Of a stretch of 64,000 bases of DNA, positions 12,147-25,077 are shown in pieces. Every line of letters begins with the position of its first letter. Within the stretch, counting starts at the first letter, position 1. The position numbers were made by a program, and so were the translations under genes. This DNA is from Fistulifera solaris (lineage: Eukaryota), in assembly GCA_030295235.1 (NCBI GenBank), contig AP026125.1, positions 1,178,001 to 1,242,000 of the forward strand, in the 5' to 3' direction. Below the pieces are notes generated by a model. The model did no database searches and was not told the origin of the DNA. It worked only from the letters and a program-made list of their open reading frames with translations.

Positions 12147-13141
12147 ATGCCTACCAAATTCGCCGATATCGATAAACCTGTCAAGGGTGAGTGTGTTCAG
12201 GGTGCTTTGATGCGAAAGGATGATGCTCGAACAACGCCATCAAGATGAATGATGATGACGTGCGCTTCATTCGGTCATACGCTGCTTTTGTACGGATCGA
12301 ACGCCTCTATCTTTTTGTCTTTGCGACTTCAAGCACATTTAACTAACCAGTTTTTTGATTTAATTCTTTTTAATAAAAAGACATCTTGAACGACGACTAC
12401 ACCTCCAAGGTCTCGCTCAAGTGCAAGAGCAATGCCGGACCCGTTGCCGTCACGATCGAGACGGAGCGAGGTGCGACCGGTGCACTTGCGTCGAAAATTG
12501 GTACCAAGTTCTCGTACGCGAAATTCAATGTCGATAAGGGACAGTTGACTGCCGATGGTGGTTCTGCTTTGGAGACGTCGATGAAGCTCACCCCAGATAT
12601 TAAGCTTTCATTCAAGACCTCGAAAGGAGCTGATTTGGGCATTGATTACACCTTGGGCAGTTTCTACGCCACCGGTGTCCTCGATGTGCAGAACATGTCC
12701 AAGGTCAGCACCTCTGCCTGCTATGCTCTTCCTTCTGGATTGAAGGTTGGTGGTGATGCCGTTTACTCTCTTTCTGGAAAGACGACCGGACTTGCCGGAT
12801 TCAATGTCGGCGCAAGCTATGCCAAAGGACCCATCTTCACCAGTCTTGTCAGCTCCAAGTTCTCCACCTACAGTGTTTCTGTTGGATACAATGTCAACCC
12901 GGACCTCACCATTGCCTCTCTAACAACTCACTCCGCTGAAAATCGCTGCAACCTTGTGGGTGTCGGTGCTTCTTACAAGAACCCCGTCATCGGCATGCTC
13001 AAGGCGAAGGTCGGCAGTGACGGAATCATCCATGCCTGCCTTGTCAAGGACATTGCACCCAAGGTGTCGTTGACGGCTTCGGGATCCATGTTGGCCACTG
13101 ATCCTTCTACCTTCAAGCCTGGTTTCGGAATTGCCATGTAA
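12147..13141 (+). CDS. VDAC: Mitochondrial outer-membrane porin (voltage-dependent anion channel), intron 12188-12380
   Basis: Exon 1 MPTKFADIDKPVK splices (GT..AG) to DILNDDY; amphipathic beta-strand pattern; LKAKVGSDG and a C-terminal KPGFGIAM beta-signal. Confidence 0.9.
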
Positions 13142-14181
13142 AGTTGTCAGCAGATTAAGCAGCCTTTAACGACATTTGATATTAAACAAATTGAGTTTCT
13201 AGGAACGTCGTGCATAATCCTTTTGTAGCTGTTTTTGTGTTGTGGATCACAGGATTGCTATGACTAATTCAGATTGGATACGAAGAACCATAACGAGCGG
13301 ATACAATGGTACAATACAGATTGCCTTGATACCAGAAGGCTCAACTTCCACACCGACCCTTTTCTCATATTTCATTCATTGCGTTCTAGACCGTGAGGTA
13401 GTCTACTTGATAGTATCTAAAATCGTTATGCCCGTCATTTTCAAATCGTACCTTAGCTGTTGTATTTACAAGATGAGCATGCCCCTGTCATGCGAGAAAA
13501 AACAGAAAAAAGGATATGGTGGTTTTGCTAAAAGTATGTTTTAGATGTAAGGTCTATGATATGAAAAAGGCATGTCAATTTTTGTCGTTACTTCCGTCTT
13601 GAATCTAAACCCGTAGCCCTATATTAGACGCGCTCGGACACCCTATATCCTACATTTATTCCAATACAATTTAGTTTCCGTTGATGTATCATCACTTAGC
13701 AACACATTTCCGTTGACCCTCTATCTCACGTTGCAGTTATAACTCGTATTTTACTTACTACTCGGGTTACGATACGACAACTGCCTCGCATACGTACGTC
13801 GACGGTTGAGCGTTGCGTTGGCATGCGAAAGCTTTTGGACGCTTCTTACTGAAGTACTTTTTGTGATACACTCTTAAAAGGTGGAATGAAGAAACAGCTG
13901 CACGAAACAAAACGGACGAGAGTTTACTTCAAGAAGGACACGTTCGATCTTTCTCTGTTCAGCTTCTTAATTTCAATTTCATTATAAATGAAAACACGGG
14001 TGTTTGAATTATAACACCAAAACAACAGCAATAACGAGACGAATCCTTTTATTCGGTTGGTTGCTCGACGCCAGTTTTAGAAGACATCTTGGCTTGGAAG
14101 TCGCTGCGCGAGAAAAGTGAGCGAAATCAAGAGCGACACGATTGTGGATACCTTTTGTTGGAAAGCTTAACGGCACGTAAA

Positions 14182-16400
14182 ATGAGACAATCAGGAAGAT
14201 GGAAGAGAGCATTGATCGGCACAGTTGTAGGTGGTTTCGTCGGTAGTACAAAATCTAGCTGGGTCGATCCTGACACTCCAGCTGTTGAAAAGGTACCCCA
14301 ACGACGAGCACTCACTCCTGGAGATAACCGACACTACAATCTAGTAAGTAAAGGCAGACCGCAAACGGTTTGTTTCTTCTCTGTGTGTTTGTGTCTGTGC
14401 TGTAACTCAATAAACGTCTCTCGATTTGCAGGTATTCTCAGATGAATTCGAAATCGACGGCAGAACGTTCAACGACGGCTACGACCCACGCTGGACGGCC
14501 ATAAACAAAAATGATTGTGAGTATTGAGGCGTATTGACGTTGATCGGAACTATTTGATCTCATGACACCTTGTACTTTAGATACAAATAAGGCGCTCCAT
14601 TTTTACAGCTCCGAAAATGCAAAGACAAAAAATGGTGTGTTAAAGATTCTGACGGAGCAAAAGAGAATTCTTACAAAGCATTTGACGAAACAAAAAAGAC
14701 GTTTTATGCCGATAAAAAGTACATACAATCTGCTATGCTTCAAAGCTGGAATAAGTTTTGTTTTGTTGGGGGAATCATTGAATTCAGAGCTAAGTTGCCA
14801 GGCGACCCAAAGATCGGAGGACTGTGGCCAGCACGTAAGTGTTCAATTGTGTTCCTAGCGCTGTGCATGATTTCAAAAGGCTAACGTACGCTGTCAAAAT
14901 AGTTTGGATGCTTGGGAATTTGGCAAGAGCGACCTATGTCGGCTCATCAGATTACATGTGGCCCTACAGCTACAATCGTTGCGACTCACGGACACGAATA
15001 AGTCAGGGAAATAGACGCGTGCGCGAAGGTGAACCATTACGGGATGCAGGCTTACACTGGTAGAGGGGCCCCAGAGATAGATATTATAGAAGCTATGCAA
15101 GGCGAAGCTGGGAAGTTACCTAGCACATATATCCAAAGGCCATATCAATCAACGTCGCTACAAATAGCACCCGGAGTGGAAATTGACCGACCTATTCTCG
15201 GAAAGCGGCCTCATGAGGTAAGTTGGAACTATGAAATAATACGCTTCGGAATCGAGTAGTCACATCTCACATTTGGATACAGGGCCACTGGTACGAAGAT
15301 CTGGATTATGGCAATAGCACTAATGTCACCGTCGACCTCAATCCGTTCTTCTACGGCGTCACCTTGGTCCACAAGCCAAAGCAATACACGTATCAAGCCG
15401 ACGCGATATCTGCCAATCTACAACTAAACGATACACATTACAACTCTATGCACTTATATCGTGTTGAGTGGGAGCCTCCTGCTGAAGATGGCTCCGGCGG
15501 ATACTTGAGATGGTACACAGACGAAAAGTTTGTGTTCGGTATAAATGGTGATAGTTTGAGTATTATGCAGTCAGAGATCCCAAGCGAACCTATGTATCTT
15601 CTTATGAATACTGCCGTTTCAAGCTCATGGGGATTCCCGGCACCATGTCCCGACAATTGCGAGTGCGAATGCTTCGAGTGCGGAAATCCTGCGTGTCAGT
15701 GTGCGTTGCCAACAGATTACTGCAATAACTTCCCAGCCAGCTTTGAAATTGATTATGTTCGTGTCTACCAAGCGGTTAATGAATCGAGACATATTTTGGG
15801 ATGTTCTCCAGAAAGTAGGCCGACGGAAAAATGGATTGAGGGCCACGCTCAGCGATACATGGAGGAAGGGGACAAAGCGCCACTAAGGCCGCTTCAGACA
15901 GGCGGAATGCCGTGCGAAAAGGACAGGGACTGTGGAGGAAAATTACACGGCATATGCATATCGGGTAGATGTGCATGCGAAGATGGATACACGGGGCCGA
16001 ACTGTCTTGCCCACGCTGGATTCTATGACGAAGATACTGGCGCTCATCCTGAACCTTTTCTTTGTAAGTTAACCAATCGTCAGCCCGCATGTTCGCCCGT
16101 TTAGTTCTCACTTATTTCCTTGTTTTAGTGAGTAAAATCGTTGTTCCGAAAAGTCTTCTGATGGCCGCTCTTTTACTAGTGGCCGGCTTTCTGTTCAGCT
16201 TGCTGAGAACAACTCGACTGAAGTTTGAAGAAGCACGGTATCAAAAAATTCCAAACGTTGGTTCGGACAGAGCAGATGTACCAGTAGTAAATGGTTCTGT
16301 GGCGTCTTATCAACAGAACCCGCCTCAGTTTAACTATGCTGTCCCAGAAGAAAAGGTCAACACCTACTGTGTGATTGACTCGCGACTAGTAGATACTTGA
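14182..16400 (+). CDS. KRE6/SKN1-type GH16 beta-1,6-transglycosylase (multi-exon) with C-terminal EGF-like domain and TM helix
   Basis: [41 protein letters not shown], catalytic [22 protein letters not shown] and [14 protein letters not shown]; several GT-AG introns. Confidence 0.88.
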
Positions 16401-16444
16401 AATAGCTCGATATCCGTGTGATGTATGCCGAAACGCCGGTGTCT

Positions 16445-17658
16445 TCAATACAACAACCTGCAAAATAAGCGCGAAAAGTGTTAATTTGGTCTGACTTGTC
16501 TTTTGATAAGGCGCATGGACATACCTTACTAAGAACATTCGATCCCAATATTTTCCTGTTACGTAAAGAAGGTCGGGGTCCCTTGAAACGGAGATCCCAT
16601 TGAAAACTTCCGCACCTCTTCCTTGTTCTTCTCGTTCCTCCTCTGGCCACAACGAACTGAAGTCTATGTATAATTAATAAGAACACAGTCGGACAGCGCA
16701 ATAGTTCCGAGTTCCGAACAAAGGTGCTTACCGTATTCCTTTTCCACTACCCCCGTCTCCGGATCGATAACAATGAGAACGTCCTCGTACCATATATTTG
16801 CCAGAACTTTGCCTCTCCACCATTCCAACTCGTTGATATTCTTGGAATTTCTCGAATTTTGCCGTTTCACTTCGACTTTCCGTTTCAAAGCAAAAGTATC
16901 CGGATCCCAAAAATGCAAGAACTTCGAACCATCACTAGCGATAAGCTCATGTTTCGACGCGTCATACGTCAATCCCCATCCCTCTCCCGTCGTTGTATTG
17001 AAATGAAATTGATCCGGGGGCGCAGATATGTTCTTGGAGTCGAAGATGAATCCGCGTTTCGCTTTGTAAGTAAGCACGTAAAGCTTCGAGTCCACAATTG
17101 TCAGCCCTTCTCCGAAATATTTGCTACCCGAAGGAAAAGGCTGAGATTCAATGACTTCACCCGTTTCTGGATTCAATCTTTGAACTTTCGAGTGCCCATT
17201 CATACCGCTGCTTTCGAACAATGAGCCATTGAAATACGCCAGCCCTTCTCTGCGGAACAAAGCAAGCCAAGAGTGAGAGTAATTTCAACCAGGCAGCCAT
17301 TAAACGTGGTGATTCAAATGTACACTGACATGAACGAATTGCTATCATGCTCTAGTTGTTTGACAATCTCGTATTTGATTCCGTCTTCGATCGCTACAAC
17401 GGCGGCGGCCCAGCTTGCTTCTTCGTCGCTCATCGTTTTTTCTGGTGTCTCGTCGTCAATCAGGACATCGGTTTTCACAACATCATTTCGACGGTAGAAG
17501 AATGCCAGAGACGCTATGACGCCACCCAGAAGAAGAGAGACAAGAACAAAACCCGCCGTAACTTTTCGCGGACTTCTCCTTTCAACAATGTCTCTGGGAA
17601 GTGACATTTCGAGGTTTTGTCGTCCTCGAGGGAACGTCATTTCAACATCGCCGCTCAT
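16445..17658 (-). CDS. Glutaminyl-peptide cyclotransferase (plant/bacterial beta-propeller type) with N-terminal TM anchor, 3 introns
   Basis: HDSNSF..EGL, LFESSG, YFGEGLT, GEGWGLT, SDGS, NINELE, LANIW, VFNGIS and LYVTGKYW motifs. Confidence 0.88.
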
Positions 17659-19067
17659 TGTTCTGTTTCTCCTTTTGCTCTCAATCGATAGGTTTCGTTT
17701 CTGCAACAGCGAAGAGAACTTGCTGATGGTCGGTAAATAGTGTACGTAAACGTGATATCAATGAGAGTTCACGGACAAATCGAAGACTAGACTAAGAGCA
17801 GGGACTAAATGGGGTGACATTGCATGCAAAGAAAGGAAGTGTGGAGGCAGTTTTGGTCACGAGAGGATTGAGTCGTCTCCTCGTCTGTTGTCATCCCTTG
17901 GTCTGTTCGTGCTGCGTCAATGAGTTCAAATTTTTCTTTTCCATAGTAAATCTTTTTGTTACGGAAGTCCTCCGTAAGTCTCTTTTTCAACCATAGTGAT
18001 GAGTACCCCATTCAACACAAGAATTAATACTTGTCTCGCAGCCCTGCGAGATCTTTAATCTATGTAGGAAACCTACCTGAAAACACGCAGCCGGCAAAGA
18101 GGGGAGGGGTGGTTCGGGTATAAGACAAGTCCTTTGGAAACACAGTAAAAAGTATAACACGCGTATCAGCTACAATGTATCATGGTATACCGTCTACGTA
18201 CGCACAGGAGTGCACCCCTCCTACAAGTTTTCTGTTCCAGCCACACCAGCGGTATTTGTTTAGGCCATGTTTGCTTATTCAGCGGTCTTCGCTTAGATGA
18301 CACAAATCTAACAAATTTGAAGATCAATCATACTTACAGAGGCAAACGCCATACTCGCCTGCCGAGTCTTTCCATCAAAAAAAAGAGTGAGTCTCACTTT
18401 CGTTCCAGCATCATTCAGACCATGTTTTGTTCCTGTTCAATGCAAATGAAACATTCATCACGACGCAATGAAATGAGTCGTTGACGATGTCCGTGCTCAA
18501 TATTCTTGGTAGTGAATCGAAGAAGATCATCATATTCGACTTCGCTACCATCCCGTCATCGTCGTGCGCTGCTCGAGAGCCGTTTTCCCTTCATTCAATC
18601 GTTTGACGATCAAGGAGAAAGATCAGTTGCCATTCGACTGCGCTTTTCATTCGCAAATAACTCGTCGTGGCCGGTGACCTCGTCAAGAAGGTCGTCGTCG
18701 TTCTCTCCCTTCCCTTCTTCGCATTTCGCATGAATGTTCCTCGTGCGTCGTGTCAAAACGGTCTCCGTAGAATTCCTACGGCGTCTTACGCTACTTTGTT
18801 CGGTACAGTCGTGCGACGCAGTCTGCGCGAGAGTGTAGAAAGAAGTCGTTTGAATCTCCAAAAACCGTTAATTCTGATGATCTCGCACGCCGGCATGTCC
18901 TGTCACATAGACGTGCAACTAGCTCTTCATGGCTATCAAACTCTCATTGATAGAAAGTTTGAATTTCATTGCATCACAAGGATTCTGCCCCTTGCTGATC
19001 AAAGAATTAATCCACTCCCTCCATCAATAGCCAATCGATCTTACCGCCCTTGATATACTATCGACCA

Positions 19068-20097
19068 ATGTCGCTCACCTTTGCCACCCCGCTCAAACAG
19101 ATTCAAGATAATCATCAAAACGATATGAAAGAAGAACTGGACTTGAAGTCGAAGGACAAACTTCCTCTTCCGTCGAAGCGACCCTCTAAGAAGAAGCCAA
19201 AAGACAAGCCGAAGCGTCCACTCAGTGCTTATAACTTCTTTTTTTAAGGAAGAGCGTGAAAAGATCCTCAAAGTTGTGCTCGCAGATGACCCCGAGAAGG
19301 TTGACAACAATCCCGAGTCAGAAGACTATCTCGACGAAGAAATGCTGAAGCGCCTCCGCAAAGAGGGCGGCAAAGTATCTTTTGAAGGTAAGATTTGTTT
19401 GCGACAACGACTAGTCGAGATCGATGTGTCTCACGTAATGTTATATTCAGAGATGGGAAAGCTAATTGGTCAACGATGGAAAAACATTGAAGGTGACAAT
19501 CTTACACGCTTTTCTGAGATGGCGACAGAGGACACTGAGCGTTACAAGAAAGAAATGGCTGAGTACAACGGTCGACAAGAGCAGAAAATGAGAAACGAAG
19601 CTTTGAAGCCCTCCGCCCCTGCTTTCTCACGCGCCGATATGAGCAAAGGTCACATGATGGATCCAAGCCGAGGTGGTTACCCAGACGGCTCTGGTTTCGG
19701 TAATCCAGCTATGGGCGGATATCCTGGCTATGGCATGGGCTTCGGATACGGCATGGGCATGGAAGGCATGTACCCCCCTCCTTATGGCGGATACCCAGGC
19801 ATGGGAGGCCCGATGGGTCCTGACATGGGCCGCATGGAAGGTGGTCAGTACGGAGGGCCTCCTCCCATGTACGGAATGATGGGCGGCTATCCCATGGGAT
19901 ACGGGTAAGTATTGTTTAAGTATAAAAGGTATTCGTTCGCAACATCGGTCTTACATTTAATCGATCGTCTCCGCAGACCTGGCCCCGAAGGATACGGCCC
20001 ACCGCCGCCGGGACAGCAGCCTCCTCCAATGGACCCATCGGGTGGTCCTCCTCCAATGTACGGATACGGTCCTCCTTCCGGTTGGGGACACCAGTAA
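19068..20097 (+). CDS. HMG-box transcription factor with Gly/Pro/Tyr/Met-rich tail (introns ~19388-19450 and ~19906-19977)
   Basis: KPKDKPKRPLSAYNFFFKEERE, GKVSFEEMGKLIGQRWK and DTERYKKEM; the exact start is uncertain. Confidence 0.85.
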
Positions 20098-21159
20098 GGT
20101 CACAATTGAACTCGGTGTAGTAAACAGCTCATCTGGAGAGTGAGTTGAGGAAATATATATATATGAATAATGTGGTACTATAATCTTTGATTTACCTTTC
20201 AACAAATAAAGTTGCATATTACGTAGGCCACACTTCTAGACGCCATACACACAAGTATTTCCTTGAGGTCTTGCACGCCGGTCCAAAAAAGTCCCCATTG
20301 TTTTCTGATGGGCTTTATTGCCCAGCTTTTATTTGAACTGTTGAAAGTGCAACCATGTCTAGTAGCATCAACAATACAAGCCTCGATACTTTGTGATGCG
20401 CGATGAGAATCTTTTCAAATCATCATCGTTATCGTCCCCATCATTAATCACATTAGTTTTTCACGACTGAATATCAGTCATCAGTCATCAGTAATAATTA
20501 TTTAATCTATTCGTCTTTCTTCTAGTTTAATATGCCCCTTCTGTCGATGATGTAGTGCTTTATTACCTTAAACATCGCTTTTAACAACTTATCTCTGTGT
20601 TCTAAAGTCGATAAAGTCGTCATGCGGAGCGTTTATTGATTGTCCATTGACCGTACACTATACCCGCAAAGTGTAGATTACTTTTCATCACGACTGCCTT
20701 TCAGTCATGAGTCATGAATTATAATTGCGACCCGAACCATGCCTGTGAGCGAATGGGTGTGACTATGTTCGTTTTGCTAACAACTCGTTAAACGCAATAA
20801 ACTCGTTATAGCATAAGAAGCAATTTCAATGCACTTCTCGTTTATTTTGGCGGAAGCCGTTGCGGAGCACTTTGAAAAACGAGTATTCTTGGTCAAGGTG
20901 AAAGTGACGTCTCACTAGCCACTTAGCCTTTGGCACTCCATTTGTGCAGTCCCGTCATTCGAAGTTCGATATGTTCAATCGAACATCGCAAAAAAGGTAT
21001 TGCAGCACTTCTCTATTGAATGGTCTTTCTATCTCTATTTTCTATTGTTGCCATCAAAGAAGGGAGTAAAAAAAATGAATTAGGCATAACGACTGAAAAG
21101 AAATCAACATCGGGAGCGAATCAACAATAATCGTGAAAAGTCATTCGGAAACCAGCGTC

Positions 21160-21975
21160 ATGAATTGCAAAGAACATTATTTACCTGAGCTCGAATTGTC
21201 GACTGCGCAAGTGCGCTCTGCTTTGCAATGTATTCTTCATACAATACTGTTGTAAGTGACAACACCGGTCAGCGAGTTGTTTCAGCACATCATCAGCCTC
21301 ACCTTTCCGTTAGCCTACGTTCCCCAGGGCCTGTCACGCCGAAGGACGTTGAATGCGAAGACTTTAACTTAACGTATGCCCGAATTGCCAACAATCATCA
21401 AAATCAGCCCCCAAACAAGGCCATGGGCAATATAGTACATTCATTGGAAAATGACATTGACCAGAAGGTAGACGATGCGATTGAGTCATTTCTTCGAACG
21501 CTTTCACAAATTGGTCCTGAGCTGCTGAGTGGTTGTTTAACGGTTAGTTTCTTTGAGCGTCGGGCAACAAGACAATTATTTGGTCTCGTTTCACATGAAG
21601 AGCGAGTGGTGTTCGAGCAGTGGGTGATACGTCTAGTTGTCAATAACACGCCTCGACCTATAAGTAACGACTCGGCGGCTCTTATGGAAAGACAACGCAT
21701 ACAGGTACGTCAATTGCCCAAAGCTAAGAGCGGAGAAAGTGCTATTCTTTGTAAGTGCGCAATCACTGATAGAGTCTGTTGTCTTTCAGGATACGGCGGA
21801 AGGAATGCTCCGTTCCGTATTGAGTAAGATCTTTGAAATTACCGGCGGGCCGATCGATCATCTTCCCCCGGTCATGTACGAGTTTGATATCAGTTGCTCA
21901 AAGAGAGCCGATGATCGAGAAAATGTATATTCGAGGGTCGCAAACATGCCTCCAATACTTAATCTCACCACTTAG
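21160..21975 (+). CDS. ATG101: Autophagy-related protein 101 (two introns)
   Basis: MNCKE...CILHTIL.R..GPV.PKDVEC..F..TY, LTVSFFE.R and FEQWVI motifs of the ATG101 HORMA domain. Confidence 0.85.
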
Positions 21976-22037
21976 AGACGTCTAAACGATTAAAAACTAC
22001 GACGATCTATTATGAATGTAGAGCTCTACTGCATCTT

Positions 22038-25000
22038 TCAATAGGCTGCCTGGTAAATGCGTTTCTTCCTGAGCTTTGATGGGTACCTGCGGAAGTCTTT
22101 CAACGTCTTGTCAGTGTAGTACTCCTCGTCATGATCGGTAATCACGTGGTACGTTCCATCTTCCATCACTGCCACAATTTCGCAAAGCATGTACTCATCG
22201 TTGATCAAGACGTCCAGTTTTTCACCCAGTCGATACGGCACGAAAGGCAAGATTTCATACGTGTCATTCCAGTTGTCGTCGCCGTCGGGGTAGGAGATGT
22301 GATAGTTGCCATGTGCTGTCACGTGTGTAATAGTCCCCATGTATCTGTAGTTGTCGATGAAGCCATCGACAAGGTCACCTTCTTGTAACCAAGCTCCCTG
22401 GAAAGGCTCTTTTCCTTGAACCGCGCTAAACGGAAACGGTCGAGTGATCCAGCGAGTGGGAGCTTCAAACGAGCTAATCGGCGGAAGATGGAAAGTTCGT
22501 GGGAAAATAAATGGCGAGGCATCCGAAGCGTCGCCCAATTGCTGACGTATCTGACCAATTTGCTTCGGTCTCGATTTAATTCCAGTCATCAATTTTTCTC
22601 CAAAATCCTCCAAGAACGATATCATGTCGACTGATGACATAGAGTAATCCCTGTAGATACCATACAATAGGTCGGAAATCAGGAAGCGAATTTCTTTCGA
22701 AAGATAGTCCAGAACATTGCTTGACTTCTTTGCGAGCTTGCTTTTAACGTAAGAAGTGACAGCGTCAGTATCCATCAAGTACCACGCTCCATACGGAGCT
22801 TGATATAAGAACCGCGACCCTGACATGGCCATTTGTCCTATAATGTACTCTGCGGCAGCTTCCTGAAACTCAAGAGGATAGTCGGTAAAGGCATCAGCAG
22901 CTTCAGACAAAAGATCGAGGAACTTGCGGTTACCAGGGTGTCCTTCAATAAAGTCATTGTACATGTGAAGTTGTCTGCTTCCGTATCTCGTTTCGACTAA
23001 GACATCGTACTTAGTTGGGAAAGTTGTGGGCAGATCCTCCGACAAGCCATAAAGCGGAACAATACTAGCATAGCGACGCGAGGCCTTGATGTCCTTTGCC
23101 CATCCAGTATTGTCAACGTAGTATCTGGCCCCTTCGAACAAAAGGTAAGCGATGCTGGCAAGACTAGCACTACGAAACATCGCACCAAGGAAGCTTCGGC
23201 TGCGCGGTTGCGAGCGCGAAAAGAGACTTGCGAGTAGAGGAAGCACAGCAAAGTAGCAACAAGTTTTGAAAAGGAATTCCTTGCAGAGCAAAAATGTGCG
23301 GATAAGATATTCGTGCCAGTTTTCTTCGTCTGATACTTCACCTTGGAGAAAGTTCGGTAGGAATGGGAAGCCGCCTCGCTCCAAGAATGTATCGAGCTCA
23401 TCGCGACGAAATCCGTTATCTTCGTTTGCCATTCGCATCGACGAACCTGATATGTAGTCAATACCCCAAGCATCTTTGGAAACCTTATTGAATAAACCAA
23501 GTGCCCGTAATGTCGCGAATGGTTGATTCATCGCAGAATCGGCTGATTTCCAAAAAGAGGTGCTATTAGAGACGGAAACAAATAGAAAGCAACTTAGAGG
23601 TTGCTAAAACTTACCATGGGCCAAGTCGTCAAGCGTGTGACCCCACATATCCCACCTGAGCGAAAAGGTAATACCTTGCGACATTTGACGAGACTCGGCT
23701 CGTTCTTCAGGCCTAGGGACGAAAGTGAGAATAAGCATTACGCGATCTAAAGCGTCGGGATCTGTATGAGCAGAGCCCCGATGGTAGCTGTTCATATTCA
23801 TCAATAGCGCATCACCAGTAGCCCAGTAACCCTCTTCATTCACCAGTTGAAATCCTTCTTTCTCGCAGAATTTATCCAAGAAACCATCACTACAGTAATG
23901 CGTTCCCGGACAAACTCCTGTCGCACCCATGCCTTTGGTTGTATTTTGTAGCTGAATGAAAACGCTGTAACTTGGGCCAAAGGTGCGCGCATAATTGATA
24001 GCCGAAGCCGTCGCGACGACATCGTCGTGCCAGTACTGGGCAACTGCGCCGTAGGAAGCGGTGATCGCAGTCATTTCAATCAGCGCTGTGGGAAAGGCCA
24101 GGTTAGCGTATGAAATTGAAATAATCAACAGAGAAAATCTGCAACTTGTATGACTTACCCGGATTGGGGCCAATGATTTTCTCGAGTGCCGGACGCAACC
24201 GCTCGTGATTGCCAATCTCTTTCATCGCTTTGACTACGGACGGCTCTTCCGTACCTAATCCAAACGAAAAACGGTTCGTGTTTTCAATGACGAAAATGCT
24301 TTCTTCCTCCGTCAGGTTGCGGTTTCGTGCGGTGATAAAGTTACGAAGCTCCGTGGCGGTATCTTCCGCGAGCACGCTTCGGAAAACGGTGAATCCGTGA
24401 CGAAGCTGGTGTTGATAGGCTTCTTCGGGGTTGCATCCAACGGAAGAAAGAGGGTTTCACCACTTTTGGTCGTCATATCATCCGCCGTGCAAGGGCGTTT
24501 GTAGTAAGTTATTTCTGTTTCGGATCTCTCCGGGGTAAAACGACAGCCTCCAGCTGAAGCAAGAGGTATTCGTCGTAAACATGATGTCCCCACATGAAGA
24601 ACGCGTACGTCGTACAAAGCATCAACAAAGGGAGGTCCAGAAACAAAATACGCCCAGCAAGTCTCCATCGGCTGCCTTGTTTCGTCGCTGGGCTGGGTTT
24701 GACGGGTGTGTGATGATCCTCTACGGGTGCCGATACAACTTCGGAAGGCGATTCCGACTTGTCTTCGTCCGACAGTTCTTCCTGGCTAGCCGCAGGACTC
24801 GAATGAAGCGCGGGCACTGTCATACGTAAAAGATTATCGTCATTTTTATACTCATCAATACCTTTGAGAGCAGCTTGCATGATAGGTCCGTCAGGGTCAA
24901 CATACGGACAAAGAAGAATATATTCGCGCAGAATCTCAGCTTCCGTCATACCTTTTGTTGACTCTTCTTCTCGAGTTTCGACCACACTCGAGTCGATACA

Positions 25001-25077
25001 CGGAGCGCTGACCTCACAATCTCTTTGTCAGAATCTAACGAAGATTCCATCTTGTCTGAGAGAAGAGAAGAATTCAT
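22038..25077 (-). CDS. Multidomain protein: TM + PhyH-like 2OG-Fe(II) dioxygenase + TM + DUF6824-like + two Tudor/SH3-like repeats
   Basis: QYWHDD, SVFIQLQNTT..MGATGVCPGTH and HRGSAH...R (PhyH); DVL..HPGNRKF..GSRFL..W (DUF6824-like); YMGTITHV..GNYHISYPDGD (Tudor-like). Introns and frameshifts present. Confidence 0.6.

Noticed and set aside
16386..16400. Apparent 3' overlap of the GH16 and glutaminyl cyclase coding regions
   Set aside because: Splicing of the last cyclase intron (~16458-16524) gives a stop at 16445, so the coding regions do not overlap.
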